The notes beneath the pieces were generated by a model, which saw nothing but the letters and a program-made list of their open reading frames with translations, was not told the origin of the DNA and did no database searches. Of a DNA stretch of 64,000 bases, positions 39,730 to 50,120 are shown piece after piece. Location: the NCBI GenBank assembly GCA_963726575.1, contig CAVSCR010000005.1:369130-433129 (forward strand), in the 5' to 3' direction. Both the position numbers and the translations under genes were made by a program. Each line of letters begins with the position of its first letter. The first letter of the stretch is position 1. This DNA is from an uncultured Actinomycetota bacterium (GTDB lineage Bacteria; Actinomycetota; Actinomycetes; JAHEKZ01).

Positions 39730-40535
39730 GGGCGGGCCTTCGCGGCCCTGGCGTACCGAAGCGTCACGTCGGCACCCGCGGGCACCGTGAGCTGCCCACT
39801 ACTCGTCACGTCGAACCGGATCCCGTACGTGGCAGCCAGCGCTTTCAGCGACGCGGCATCGGCACCTGCGGCAAACCGTTCCGCCAGCGTCGCGGGGTCG
39901 CCGATGGCGGTGATCTGGTACGGCGGCGTCAGCGGCCGGTACCCCACGAGGATCGCGTCACCCGCGGACCGGATCGCGGTGAGGCTGGCGATGCGCTGGC
40001 CATTGACCGAGACTGCCTCGGCCCCGGCGGCGAACAACCCGTTCACGGCCTGACGCAGGTCTTGGTCCAGCACGCGCGACAGGTCGACCCCACCTCCGTC
40101 GGCCTCGGCCGGTGGCCCGTCGTCGAGGACCACGGACACGCCCGCACCGGTCACGGCCTGCTGACCGACTGCTCGCTGCAGCTGGGTGACCGAGCTGCTC
40201 AGACCCGCGCCCTCCAGCGACCGCGCCAAGGCGCGGTCCCGCAGTGCCGAGACCCGAGCTTGTTGGCGGTTCACCGAGCGCAGCATCTGGTCGGTCGCCG
40301 TCGTCTGCTGTTTGACCTCGGCGACCAGTCGGGCGCGCGCCGTGACCGCGTCCGGCGTTCGCGCGTTGAACCATCCGGCCGCGAGTGCGGCCGCGAACAG
40401 CCCGAGCACGAGTGCCCACACCACCGCGAAGGCGGTGCGGTTGGCGCGGTCAGGACCCTGCCGGTCGCGGTCTCGGCGGGCTGCCGCGTACTCCGGTTCG
40501 AGTGCCTCGTCGTAGATCTGACGCAACAACGACAT
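39726..40535 (-). CDS. DUF881-domain membrane protein (Rv1823-like)
   Basis: A DUF881 C-terminus is present (PPYQITAIGDPATLAERF). The start is assigned to MSLLRQIYDE. Confidence 0.7.
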   Translation of the reverse strand: MSLLRQIYDEALEPEYAAARRDRDRQGPDRANRTAFAVVWALVLGLFAAALAAGWFNARTPDAVTARARLVAEVKQQTTATDQMLRSVNRQQARVSALRDRALARSLEGAGLSSSVTQLQRAVGQQAVTGAGVSVVLDDGPPAEADGGGVDLSRVLDQDLRQAVNGLFAAGAEAVSVNGQRIASLTAIRSAGDAILVGYRPLTPPYQITAIGDPATLAERFAAGADAASLKALAATYGIRFDVTSSGQLTVPAGADVTLRYARAAKARP

Positions 40536-40573
40536 CGAGTCACGGCGCGGTGACGTCGCGACGGCGGTCGGTG

Positions 40574-41158
40574 TCACGCAGCGACCGCCAGTGCCTGCCG
40601 GGCATGCTGGGTGTACAGAACGGCCGACCACCAGTACAGCCCCACGCCCCACAGGGCGAACGCCCAGCCGAACACGGCACACCCTGTGGCAACTGCTCCA
40701 TCACCGGCGGACAGCAGCAGCAGGGGGAAGCACCACAGCAGCGTGACGGTGGCCGCCTTGCCCACCAGGTTCACCGGGATCGGGTCGTAGTCGGCTCGCC
40801 TCAGCCAGGCGATGACCAGGAACATCCAGACATCACGCGCCAGTAGGAGGGCGACGAACCACCAGGGAACGATGTCGCGGATGCCGAGCGCGATGAGGGC
40901 CGCCAGGGTGTAGAGCCGATCGACCGCGGGATCGAGCAGCTGCCCCAGCCGACTCACCTGCCCGAGCTGTCGGGCCAGCCGTCCATCGAGCCAGTCGGTG
41001 AGGCCGCTCACGACCAGCACCACCACGGCCGCGACGTCGGCCTGCGGCCCCACGATGAGCCAGAAGAAGACCGGTACGAACGCCAACCGGACGAACGACA
41101 GCGCGTTCGGCACGGTCCACACGCGGTCGCTGACCGGGTGTGGCTGCGGCATGGTCAC
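40574..41158 (-). CDS. pgsA: CDP-alcohol phosphatidyltransferase (CDP-diacylglycerol--glycerol-3-phosphate 3-phosphatidyltransferase-like)
   Basis: The CDP-OH phosphatidyltransferase motif is present (DWLDGRLARQLGQVSRLGQLLDPAVDRL). Its position is Rv1822-like. Confidence 0.8.
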   Translation of the reverse strand: MTMPQPHPVSDRVWTVPNALSFVRLAFVPVFFWLIVGPQADVAAVVVLVVSGLTDWLDGRLARQLGQVSRLGQLLDPAVDRLYTLAALIALGIRDIVPWWFVALLLARDVWMFLVIAWLRRADYDPIPVNLVGKAATVTLLWCFPLLLLSAGDGAVATGCAVFGWAFALWGVGLYWWSAVLYTQHARQALAVAA

Positions 41159-41224
41159 GCGCCTGAGCCTACGAGTCGCTGCGAGCCGGGCGGACCGGCT
41201 CGCGGTCCGGCGCGGCGGGCAACC

Positions 41225-42292
41225 TCAGACGGCGCGTACTTCCCCGTCGGTCACCGTCACGTTGATCTTCGTGAGGGGTGCCGGCGCCGGACCCCCGGTG
41301 ACTTGGCCGGTCGTCGCGGAGTACGTGGCGCCGTGACACGGGCAGGCGAACTGCGTGCCGTCGAACCCGACGGTGCAGCCCGCGTGGGTGCACGTCGCCG
41401 TGAACGCCTCGTAGTGACCGGCCGTCGGCTGCACGACGAACAAGGGGACCTGCTGCACGCGGGCGAAGGCGGCTCCCCCCACCGGCACCCGACTGGCCGC
41501 CATCAGAGGCACGCCCGGTGCCGATTGGGTCGCTGACGGCTGCGGCGACGCGCCCGGCGACGTGGTCGGCGGGTTGGTCGTGGGAGCCGGCAACCCGCCG
41601 GTCGCAGGTGTGTAGTGGCGGCGCGACATGTGCCCGGCCACCGCGCCGAAGAGCAACGTGCTGAAGCCGATCAGCGCAGCGATGCCGCCGGTGCGGACCA
41701 CCGTCCGGCGCTGGACCTCGCTCGTGGTGCGCTCCGGCTCGACTCGCAGTGCCTCCGGAGCCAGGCCCATCTCGACCCGGACGCGGCGGCGGACCGCGTG
41801 CCCGACGCTGAGCACTCCCCCATCGCCGGAGAGCAGCAAGGTGATCCAGGCGAACACGAAGACGATGTCGGAACCGAAGAAGTAGGGGTGGGTGTGAAAG
41901 CTGACGGTCAGGTAGAACGAGAACGCCAACATCAGTCCACCGAGGGCGCTCAGCCGGGTCCAGATCCCCAGCAGCGCGCCGAGCCCCGCCGCGATCTCAC
42001 CCAGGGCGATCAGCAGCCCGAAGAAGACGGCGTGGTGCGAGGTGATCTGGACGAGGAACCCGATCGGACTCGTCTTGGCCTGCAGCGCCATCTGCTGCTG
42101 GACCGACTGCGGCGAGTGGGCGTCGAAGTAGGTCGGGTCGATCAGCTTCAGCAGGCCGGCGTAGACGAACGTCACGCCCAGGAAGAGCCGCAGCGGCAGC
42201 ACCACCAGGCCGGGCTGGCTGAGCCGGGTCCGCCAGGAATCGACGGCCGGCGCCTCGGTCGGCCGGGCCCTCGGCACTGCGCTTCTGGTCAC
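41225..42292 (-). CDS. DoxX-family membrane domain fused to C-terminal Rieske [2Fe-2S] domain
   Basis: The N-terminus has four TM helices and is DoxX-like. After a Pro/Thr-rich linker comes a Rieske motif (CTHAGCTVGF...CPCHG). Confidence 0.65.
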   Translation of the reverse strand: MTRSAVPRARPTEAPAVDSWRTRLSQPGLVVLPLRLFLGVTFVYAGLLKLIDPTYFDAHSPQSVQQQMALQAKTSPIGFLVQITSHHAVFFGLLIALGEIAAGLGALLGIWTRLSALGGLMLAFSFYLTVSFHTHPYFFGSDIVFVFAWITLLLSGDGGVLSVGHAVRRRVRVEMGLAPEALRVEPERTTSEVQRRTVVRTGGIAALIGFSTLLFGAVAGHMSRRHYTPATGGLPAPTTNPPTTSPGASPQPSATQSAPGVPLMAASRVPVGGAAFARVQQVPLFVVQPTAGHYEAFTATCTHAGCTVGFDGTQFACPCHGATYSATTGQVTGGPAPAPLTKINVTVTDGEVRAV

Positions 42293-42378
42293 GGTTCACG
42301 ACCTTCGCATGCCGCCGACCCGATCACGAGCAGGATCGGCTGTGAGTTCGCTGTGACTGCACAGTGCGGGCGTAGCGG

Positions 42379-43308
42379 TCAGGCGGGCCGCATGGCCAGC
42401 GCGACGTCGACCAGCCACGGCATCTCGATCGATTCCTGGACGCTGCGGGCGAACAGCCACAGTCGGGCTCGCTCGCGGTCGACGTCGAGCAGATCGGCCA
42501 TGCGGTCCACCAGCCACCGGGGCTCGGCGACCAGCCGGTCGCGGCAGTTCAACAGGTGTTGCAACACGTCATACGTGGGGTCGCCGACGTGAGGATTGGG
42601 GTCGATCATCAGCCAGGGCTCACGCCCTGCCGCGACGATGTTCTCGGCGTGGCAGTCGGTGCACAGCAGCACCTGGTCGTCGGCATCGCGCGACAACGAC
42701 CGCATCAGGGCCAGGCCCTCCGCCACGAGGTCGGCGGGGAGCGCCGGCTCCTCCAGCCCTGCGTACGCGGTCTCGTACTCCGTGGCCCAGGCATCGCACA
42801 TCGTGGCCAAGGAGGGCATCGCCGACGGCGGCGGCGTCTCGCGCAGGCGGCACAGGAGACGCGCGACCACCGCGTCCTGCTCGACCTCCGGCGTCGCGGC
42901 CCCGAGCGGGGTGCCGGGGCGGCAGCGCTCGAGCAGCACCGCATCGGAGTTCGCTGGGAGCAGACCATCGTCAGCGGTCACGGAGTCGTACAGGTCGTAA
43001 AGCTGCACCGCGCCCCGACCGCTCCACGCGATGAGGGCCGCGGCCTCCCCTGCCGTCTCGGGATGACGCCAGCTGAGCTTCAGCACCACGTCGCGACCCG
43101 ACCGGTCGGTGGCCGGTGCCACCCACGAGCAGACACCGCCTGGCTGGAACGGAGGGCCCAGCCGCAGACCCCACCGGTCGACGAGCTGCTCCACCATCTC
43201 CGGTAGCCGACCGAACCACTCGTAGGCGGCAGCCTCGGGCCGCCCCGCGTTCGCGGCCAGGCGCTTGGGGACAGCCAGTGTCGACACGGACACATCTTGG
43301 CCCCGCAT
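42379..43308 (-). CDS. APH(6)/streptomycin-6-kinase-like aminoglycoside/hydroxyurea phosphotransferase family protein
   Basis: The catalytic region (LLCTDCHAENIVAAGREPWLMIDPNP) is typical of the APH_6_hur family. Confidence 0.6.
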   Translation of the reverse strand: MRGQDVSVSTLAVPKRLAANAGRPEAAAYEWFGRLPEMVEQLVDRWGLRLGPPFQPGGVCSWVAPATDRSGRDVVLKLSWRHPETAGEAAALIAWSGRGAVQLYDLYDSVTADDGLLPANSDAVLLERCRPGTPLGAATPEVEQDAVVARLLCRLRETPPPSAMPSLATMCDAWATEYETAYAGLEEPALPADLVAEGLALMRSLSRDADDQVLLCTDCHAENIVAAGREPWLMIDPNPHVGDPTYDVLQHLLNCRDRLVAEPRWLVDRMADLLDVDRERARLWLFARSVQESIEMPWLVDVALAMRPA

Positions 43309-43379
43309 CCGCGCGTCAACGTCCGGATGTACTAGACAAGGCGGTCACTGTTGCCGGCCCGTGGCCAAGGGGACCCTCG

Positions 43380-45800
43380 ATGAAGGATCGGTACCGGGTC
43401 GTCGTCATCGGCGGCGGGATCGTCGGCTCCAGCGTCCTCTACCACCTGGCGCTGCGCGGCTGGACCGACATCGTCCTGATCGAACGCAGCGAGCTCACGG
43501 CGGGGTCGAGCTGGCACGCCGCAGGCGGGTTCCACGCAATCAACGCCGACCCGCACGTCGCGGCCCTGCAGAAGTACACGATCAGCATGTACCCGACGGT
43601 CCAGGCCGAAAGTGGTCAGGACGTGGGGCTGCACCTGACGGGCGGCATCGAGCTCGCCGGCACCCCGGAGCGGCTGCAGTGGCTCAAGGCCGAGTGGGCA
43701 TGGTTGAAGACGCTCGGGACGGACGCCGAGCTGCTGACCCCCGACGAGATCGTGGCCCGGTGCCCGATCGTCGATCCCACGGGCCTCACCGGCGGCCTGT
43801 TCGACCCGAACGAGGGAAACCTCGACCCCAACGGGGCAACGCTGGCATACGCCGGAGCCGCTAGAACCCGCGGCGCCGACATCGTGCTGCACAACCGGGT
43901 GCTCGATCTGACGCCTCTGCCGGACGGTCACTGGCAGGTGCGGACCGAGCACGGCGACGTCATGGCCGAGCACGTCATCAACGCAGCCGGGCTGTGGGCA
44001 CGCGAGGTTGGACGTCTCGTCGGCGTCGATCATCCGCTGGTACCGATGATGCACCACTACCTCGTCACCGAGGACGTACCGGAGGTGATGGCGATCGAGG
44101 GCGTGATGCCGTCGGTGACGGACCTCGAGGGGTTCACCTATCTGCAGCGAGAGCGCAATGGCGTGCTGCTCGGCGTGTACGAGACCACTCCGGCGCACTG
44201 GAACGTCGACGGCGTCCCCTGGGACTACGGCATGGAGTTGATCCCGCCGGACATCGAACGCATCGCGCCAGAGCTGTCGATCGGCTTCGAGCGGTTCCCG
44301 GTCCTGAAGAACGTGGGGATCCGTCGATGGGTCAACGGCGCCTTCACGGTGACCCCCGACGGCAACCCCTTGATGGGCCCGGTGCCAGGTGTGCGCAACT
44401 ACTGGGCCGCCTGCGGCGTCATGGCAGGCTTCTCGCAGTGCGCAGCGATCGGCCTGGCGTTGGCGAACTGGATGGTCGACGGGGATCCCGGCGACGATGT
44501 GTTCGGCATGGACGTCGCCAGGTTCGGCGACTATGCCTGCAACGAGCGCTATCTGCTCGACACCACCGCGCAGTTCTACGCACGGCGCTTCCTGATCGCC
44601 TACCCGAACGAAGACTTGCCGGCCGGCCGGCCGTTGCGGACGACTCCGGCGTACGACGAGCTCGTCTCCGACGGTGCGCACTTCGACGCAGTGTGGGGCC
44701 TGGAAGTGCCGCAGTACTTCGCTCGTGACGAGCCCACGTTCACCGAGCGGCCCAGCTTCGAACGCAACGACGCCGACCGCTTCGTCGCGGCGGAGGTGGA
44801 CGCCGTTCGCCATGCAGTCGGCGCCTACGAGACCGGGGCGTACGCCAGGTACGAGGTGACCGGAAGACGGGCCGGTGAGTGGCTGGACCGCTTGCTGGCA
44901 TGCACCCTTCCCGCAGTCGGACGAGTTCGCCTTGCGCCGATGCTGAACCACGCGGGGCGGCTCATGGGCGACCTCACCGTGGCGCGCATCGAGGGTGACC
45001 GCTATTGGCTGGTGGGCTCCTACTACCTGCAGGCGTGGCACCAGCGCTGGTTCGCCCAGCAGCTGCCGGACTCCGGCGTCACGGTGCGCAACCTGTCCGA
45101 CGACTGGCTCGGGTTCGCGATCTCCGGGCCACGGTCCCGGGATCTGTTGGCGTCCCTGACCCGAGCCGACGTCTCACGTGATGCGTTCGAGTTCCTCGCC
45201 ATGCGCCAGATGGACGTGGGCCGGGCGCGCGCCGTCGTGTCGCGGATGTCGCTGACCGGCGAGGTCGGCTTCGAGATCACCGTGCGCTCGGCTGAACACC
45301 GCCAGCTGTGGCGCGACCTGCGCGACGCCGGGAAGGCTCTTGGGTTGCGGCCGATCGGGGATCGGGCCATCGACAGCCTCCGCCTGGAGAAGGGCTACGG
45401 CATCTGGTCCCGGGAGTTCTCCCCCGCCTACCTACCGAGCATGTGCGGACTGGACCGCTTCGTCGACTATGAGAAGCCCGAGTTCGTAGGTCGGGAGTCG
45501 GCCCTTCGTGATCGCGGGGTCGCGCCGCAGCGGTTGACCCTGTTGCAGGTCGACGCCGACCGCGCAGACGCCTCCGGGTACGAGCCGGTGTGGCACGGGG
45601 ATCGGCTGGTCGGATTCACCACTTCCGGGGCGTACGGGCATCACGTCCAACGCAGCCTGGCTCTTGGCTATGTCGATGCCGACGTCGTGACTGGCGGGGA
45701 ACCGCTCAGCGTCCACGTCCTGGGACGGCGCAGAGCGGCGACCGTCCTGACGCAGCCTCCCTACGACGCGTCCGGCCTACGCCTGGAGCGTGGCCGCTGA
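43380..45800 (+). CDS. Dimethylglycine-oxidase/sarcosine-dehydrogenase-family protein (FAD oxidoreductase fused to GcvT-like aminomethyltransferase)
   Basis: An N-terminal FAD GxGxxG motif (VVVIGGGIVGSS) precedes a C-terminal GcvT/folate-binding domain. The start is at an internal ATG of the track ORF. Confidence 0.8.
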   Translation: MKDRYRVVVIGGGIVGSSVLYHLALRGWTDIVLIERSELTAGSSWHAAGGFHAINADPHVAALQKYTISMYPTVQAESGQDVGLHLTGGIELAGTPERLQWLKAEWAWLKTLGTDAELLTPDEIVARCPIVDPTGLTGGLFDPNEGNLDPNGATLAYAGAARTRGADIVLHNRVLDLTPLPDGHWQVRTEHGDVMAEHVINAAGLWAREVGRLVGVDHPLVPMMHHYLVTEDVPEVMAIEGVMPSVTDLEGFTYLQRERNGVLLGVYETTPAHWNVDGVPWDYGMELIPPDIERIAPELSIGFERFPVLKNVGIRRWVNGAFTVTPDGNPLMGPVPGVRNYWAACGVMAGFSQCAAIGLALANWMVDGDPGDDVFGMDVARFGDYACNERYLLDTTAQFYARRFLIAYPNEDLPAGRPLRTTPAYDELVSDGAHFDAVWGLEVPQYFARDEPTFTERPSFERNDADRFVAAEVDAVRHAVGAYETGAYARYEVTGRRAGEWLDRLLACTLPAVGRVRLAPMLNHAGRLMGDLTVARIEGDRYWLVGSYYLQAWHQRWFAQQLPDSGVTVRNLSDDWLGFAISGPRSRDLLASLTRADVSRDAFEFLAMRQMDVGRARAVVSRMSLTGEVGFEITVRSAEHRQLWRDLRDAGKALGLRPIGDRAIDSLRLEKGYGIWSREFSPAYLPSMCGLDRFVDYEKPEFVGRESALRDRGVAPQRLTLLQVDADRADASGYEPVWHGDRLVGFTTSGAYGHHVQRSLALGYVDADVVTGGEPLSVHVLGRRRAATVLTQPPYDASGLRLERGR

Positions 45801-47639
45801 CGGGTCGACCGGCAGCGTGCGCGCCAGGAAGTCGAGGATCTGCCCCAGCTCGGCCACCAACAGGTCGAGGTCGGGCAGAGCGTGACCGGTCGCCATCCGG
45901 ACGTACTCGACCTCGTGCCCGCGCGAGCGCAGCCGCTCGACGTAGGTGTCGACCTGCCGCACGGGACAGCGCGGGTCGTTCTCTCCCGCAGTGACGAACA
46001 CGGGCGCGACCACGGCGTCCGCGTAGGTGATGGGCGACGCCGCGCGGTACACCTCGGGGACCTCGTCGATGGTGCCGCCCATGAGGGCCGCGTCGTACGC
46101 ACGCATGAACGACGGCGCGTCCTCGGCTGAGGTGAACTGGTCGGCGAGCGGCACGAGAGCGGCTCCGGAGCGCCACCGATCCGGCTGAGTGCCCAACGCC
46201 ATGAGCGTCAGGAACCCACCCCACGAGCCGCCGACGATCGACACCCGGTCGGGGTCGACGACGCCGGTCCCTTCGAGGTGGTCGCGCACCGCGCTGATGT
46301 CCTCGAGCTCGATGAACCCCAGACGCACGCGCAAGGCGTCACGCCACGCGGCTCCGTATCCGGTGGAACCGCGGTAGTTCACCCGGACGACCGCGTAACC
46401 CGCATCCAGATAGGCGGCGATCATGTTGTTCCACGCATCCAGGTCGAGTCCGGTCGGTCCACCGTGCGGCACGAACACCGTCGGGTGTGGACGCGACCGC
46501 CCCGACGGCTCGTAGAACAGCGCGTGGACCGTGCCACCAGGACCCGCCACATGGACGTCAGAGGCCGGCACCGAGGGCGGCGGCGGCGGTTCAGGGAGCT
46601 GGACCAAATTCGTCACCGTGGCATCCGCGCTGCGCAGCAACGACACCGGCCGATCCGAGGCCGAGAACAGCGCGTGCACGGAGCCGTCGGGGCGAGTGGA
46701 GGCGATCGACACGGTTCCGCGCGGCAGGTTGACACGGGCGCACTCCGCGGTGAGGCGGTCGAAGCGGTAGAGCTGGTGTCGCGCATCGTGCAACACCGAC
46801 AGCAGCAGCGACTTCCCGTCCGGGTACCAGAGTGCGGTGACGTCGCCGTCGAACGTCGTGACCACGTCATCCTGCCGACCACCGTCGACGTCCCAGACAG
46901 CTGAGGTGATGAAGTTGCGCCGCTCATGGGAGAACAGCACCAACGACGCGTCAGCGGGGTGGAAGCCGGAAGGGCTCAGGTTGTGTCCCTCGTCCACCAG
47001 CTCAGCCACCACCGCGCCGCCGACCAGGTCGACCACGACCACCTTCAGGCGCAGCGAGTTCCCGTCGGGCGCCACCGCCAGAAGTGCGCGGCGGGCATCG
47101 TGGCTGACGTCGGCCAGGAATGCGGGATCCGCACACCGGAACACGACATCGCCTGCGCCGTCCGCGTCGACCACGGCGAGCTCGAAACCGACGCCGTCGG
47201 CAAGCGCCGCGTCCATGAGCCGCCCCACGACGACGCGGCCGTCGGTCAGTGCCTCGATGCCTCCCGGGTACGACGGCTCGAGGTGTGGCAGCAGAGGCAC
47301 GGATGGGACGGGTGCCGACACCGTCTGCGACGCGTCGACGAGGGCGCGCATCCAGCGGCCGACTTCATCACCGGCGTGGTCGTCGAACCAGAACACGTGA
47401 CGACCGTCGGGCGACACTGCCGCACCCATGGTCCCCTGCGCACGGTCGGTGACCTGGGTCAGTCGCGCAGGCACCTGCGATGCGTCGAACGCGAAGACCT
47501 CCGTGCGCCCTGACGGGTTGGCCAGCAGCACGCCCGCGTCAGACACCTCATCGGCCCACGAGACCGGCGACCCCAGCAGGCTGAACGCGACCAACTGCGG
47601 TGCGCGCACCCGACGTTCCCAGCGAGGTGATGGCGTCAT
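45777..47639 (-). CDS. S9-family serine peptidase (prolyl oligopeptidase / acylaminoacyl-peptidase-like)
   Basis: A beta-propeller N-terminus is followed by an alpha/beta hydrolase with GGSWGG nucleophile motif and downstream Asp/His. Confidence 0.8.
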   Translation of the reverse strand: MTPSPRWERRVRAPQLVAFSLLGSPVSWADEVSDAGVLLANPSGRTEVFAFDASQVPARLTQVTDRAQGTMGAAVSPDGRHVFWFDDHAGDEVGRWMRALVDASQTVSAPVPSVPLLPHLEPSYPGGIEALTDGRVVVGRLMDAALADGVGFELAVVDADGAGDVVFRCADPAFLADVSHDARRALLAVAPDGNSLRLKVVVVDLVGGAVVAELVDEGHNLSPSGFHPADASLVLFSHERRNFITSAVWDVDGGRQDDVVTTFDGDVTALWYPDGKSLLLSVLHDARHQLYRFDRLTAECARVNLPRGTVSIASTRPDGSVHALFSASDRPVSLLRSADATVTNLVQLPEPPPPPSVPASDVHVAGPGGTVHALFYEPSGRSRPHPTVFVPHGGPTGLDLDAWNNMIAAYLDAGYAVVRVNYRGSTGYGAAWRDALRVRLGFIELEDISAVRDHLEGTGVVDPDRVSIVGGSWGGFLTLMALGTQPDRWRSGAALVPLADQFTSAEDAPSFMRAYDAALMGGTIDEVPEVYRAASPITYADAVVAPVFVTAGENDPRCPVRQVDTYVERLRSRGHEVEYVRMATGHALPDLDLLVAELGQILDFLARTLPVDPSAATLQA

Positions 47640-47721
47640 CGCTCCACCTTGTCAGCGGGCTTGCGCCGCGTCCATCCGCGTGAGCCGATCAGCACCTCCG
47701 CCGAGGATCTACGCTGCCCTC

Positions 47722-48375
47722 ATGTCCACCAACTTCGGTCGATCCGGCCGCGTCTGTGTTGCTGTCGCCGGTGCACTGGTCGGCCTCACGATCCTCGTTC
47801 CCCCGACCTTCGCGGCCGCCACGCACTCCGCCGCCCACTCCGCCGCCCAGTCAGGCGCGGTCCACCGCGCCGACCAGGTCGTGCGGACTCGGGCGTCGTG
47901 GAACCCCCACGTCTCGTGTCGGGCCACGCTCACGTCGGTGGTGCGCGTCCTGGGCAGTCGCATGAACCGCAACGGCGGCGCGACGTATCGCGGCGGTCAC
48001 TTCAAACCCGGGATTCCGGACCGACAAGCGTTGCACCCACCCTGCCGACGGGCCGGCGTACCGACCTTCGTCCAGCTGAACCGGGTCACCCTCGGCAAGT
48101 GCACGAAGATCAACCCCGACGGCGACTGGACGTGCAACCTCACCGACCCGACGGTTCCGCGCGGCCGGACGCCGGACATGTCGCAGATCCACGTGGAGAC
48201 TGACCACAAGTTCCGCAGCCGCAGTGGTTGGTCGATGCCACCGGGTGGCACGCTGATCAACATCCAGGGCTTCGTGTTCTGGGACCCTGGTCATGTCAGG
48301 GCGGCGTGGCATCACTTCTCCGGCTGGGAGATCCACTCGTTGACTGCGTGGCGGCCTTCGGCCAAGCGCCACTAG
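47722..48375 (+). CDS. Secreted hypothetical protein (signal peptide, Cys-containing)
   Basis: The N-terminus (MSTNFGRSGRVCVAVAGALVGLTILVPPTFAAA) looks like a Sec signal. No recognisable family was found. The 5' part of the track ORF was rejected. Confidence 0.45.
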   Translation: MSTNFGRSGRVCVAVAGALVGLTILVPPTFAAATHSAAHSAAQSGAVHRADQVVRTRASWNPHVSCRATLTSVVRVLGSRMNRNGGATYRGGHFKPGIPDRQALHPPCRRAGVPTFVQLNRVTLGKCTKINPDGDWTCNLTDPTVPRGRTPDMSQIHVETDHKFRSRSGWSMPPGGTLINIQGFVFWDPGHVRAAWHHFSGWEIHSLTAWRPSAKRH

Positions 48376-48407
48376 GTCTGCGGCGCATGGTGCAGCCCCG
48401 CACCGTC

Positions 48408-48692
48408 TCAGCCCGAGGCGGCGGCTCGTCTGCGGTGAAGTGTCACGCCGCGACGTCGCACCGTTCGGTCGGCGTCGAAGACGTCTCGGAGCCGATAGAG
48501 GTGAACCGGGCGACCGCGCGCGCCCTGGCCGTCCAGCCGCACCGCGCGCAGCAGCCCGGCCCTGATCCAGGAGTCGATCGTGCTGGCCGAGCGCCCGAGC
48601 AACCGGGCAGCATCGCGCCGAGTCACCAGCTCGTCGCGGGGATCTCCCTCCACGGCGGAGGAACGTACACCGTCACCCGCCCCCAAGATCAA
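48408..48692 (-). CDS. Helix-turn-helix DNA-binding protein (excisionase/MerR-like HTH_17)
   Basis: An Xis/AlpA-like HTH is present (DAARLLGRSASTIDSWIRAGLL). The protein is short and its start is uncertain. Confidence 0.4.
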   Translation of the reverse strand: MILGAGDGVRSSAVEGDPRDELVTRRDAARLLGRSASTIDSWIRAGLLRAVRLDGQGARGRPVHLYRLRDVFDADRTVRRRGVTLHRRRAAASG

Positions 48693-48728
48693 GGGGTGGC
48701 CGACAGCGCACCAGGGTCCCGGTGCGGG

Positions 48729-49520
48729 TCAGGCGAGGGTGACGGTGATGTCGGGGAGGTCGATCCCGAGCGCGGTGGTGGTCCAGGTCTCGCCAGGGCT
48801 GACGGGCCGAAGCGGGGTCAGCGAACCGGTCGACACGATCTCACCGGCTCGAATGGGGCCGAACTGCGGTTGCGCCGCCACCAGCTCGACGAGGTGGGCG
48901 ACGGCGAGGGTCGGGCTGTCGAGGACGTTCGCTCCGCCGCCGGTTGTGTGAGCTGCCATACCGGGACCCGTCATCGACACGGTGAACGATCGCAGTTGCC
49001 GGGCGACCTGGCCGGGGTCGGACACTGCCACCGGAGTGCCCACGATCAGGCAGCCGTGCAGCGCATAGGCGGCGATCGCATCGGCGGCGCGGAACCGCCA
49101 ATCCGGGTACGGGCACTGGACGATCTCGTAGCCCAACGTCATCCAGTCGACGCACTCCAAGATCGCGACCTCGTCACGGGTGAGCGGCGGCGGGGTGGCG
49201 AAGTGCAACTGGACCTCGGGCTCCAGTCGCGGCTGCAGCAGCTGGCCGATCGCCACGGGCACGGACTGCTGGTACGCCGGGCGAACCGTCGTGCTGTACA
49301 CGTAGCCCCAGATCGGCGCCCACACGCCGTACTCGGGCCAGATCGTTCGGTTGGTGAAGCCGATCTTGCGACCCACCGGCGTCTCGCCACGGCGAACCCG
49401 TCTGCGGTGGACCTCCGCCGCGATCTGGTAGGCACCTTCCTCGCTCAACGAAGGCTCACGATCGGTGAACGGTGGGATCAACCGTCGCCCCGCGAAGGCT
49501 GCCATCACCTCATCGGACAT
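48729..49520 (-). CDS. 2-keto-4-pentenoate hydratase / 2-oxohepta-3-ene-1,7-dioate hydratase family (FAH-fold)
   Basis: The sequence is MhpD/HpcG-like (GRKIGFTNRTIW..., GEIVSTGSLTP). The start is assigned to MSDEVMAAF. Confidence 0.65.
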   Translation of the reverse strand: MSDEVMAAFAGRRLIPPFTDREPSLSEEGAYQIAAEVHRRRVRRGETPVGRKIGFTNRTIWPEYGVWAPIWGYVYSTTVRPAYQQSVPVAIGQLLQPRLEPEVQLHFATPPPLTRDEVAILECVDWMTLGYEIVQCPYPDWRFRAADAIAAYALHGCLIVGTPVAVSDPGQVARQLRSFTVSMTGPGMAAHTTGGGANVLDSPTLAVAHLVELVAAQPQFGPIRAGEIVSTGSLTPLRPVSPGETWTTTALGIDLPDITVTLA

Positions 49521-49990
49521 GGTCGCCACAACGAGAGGATGCCGCACCTGCGTCGCTCGGTGACACGTTGGCCGGAGTGACCTGGGGCTGGTGCTCGCCA
49601 CCATCGCCCTGGCCGTGAACGCCTAGCCGTCAGCTCCCGCCACCCGCCGCGGCCAGGCAGGCGGGGCAGCGCAGTTCGCCGTGGTGCAGTCCGTCTGGCC
49701 AGGGCCGGTGGGTCGCGCCGACGTTCGGGACGATGCGCTGCTCGCAGGCGGTCAGGTCCGAACCTGCCGCGTAGGCGTGGGCAGGCCCGTCGGGTTCGCG
49801 ATCTGGTGGGCCCGGCATCGGCTGTCCGGCTTCCATCTCGTTCTGCGGTCGGTCGCGGGATTGTGTGTATCCGATCAGGTAATCCACGGGTGACCTCCGC
49901 AGTTGAGGACTGCACCTGTCGTGGCCGTCCGGTGGTCCGTCTCGCCAGCAACGACGAAGCGCCGCAAGCCTGTGACCTGCAGCGCTTCCG

Positions 49991-50064
<74 letters not shown>

Positions 50065-50120
50065 TAACCCGATCTCTCGGGCGCAAACTCTACAGCAGCG
50101 ATGCATCGTCTCCGGCGCGC

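Noticed and set aside
49630-49836. 68-aa minus-strand ORF ending ..HGELRCPACLAAAGGGS next to tRNA-Pro
   Set aside because: It has no RBS and no recognisable family, and competing ORFs of similar size exist on the other strand. It is left unannotated.
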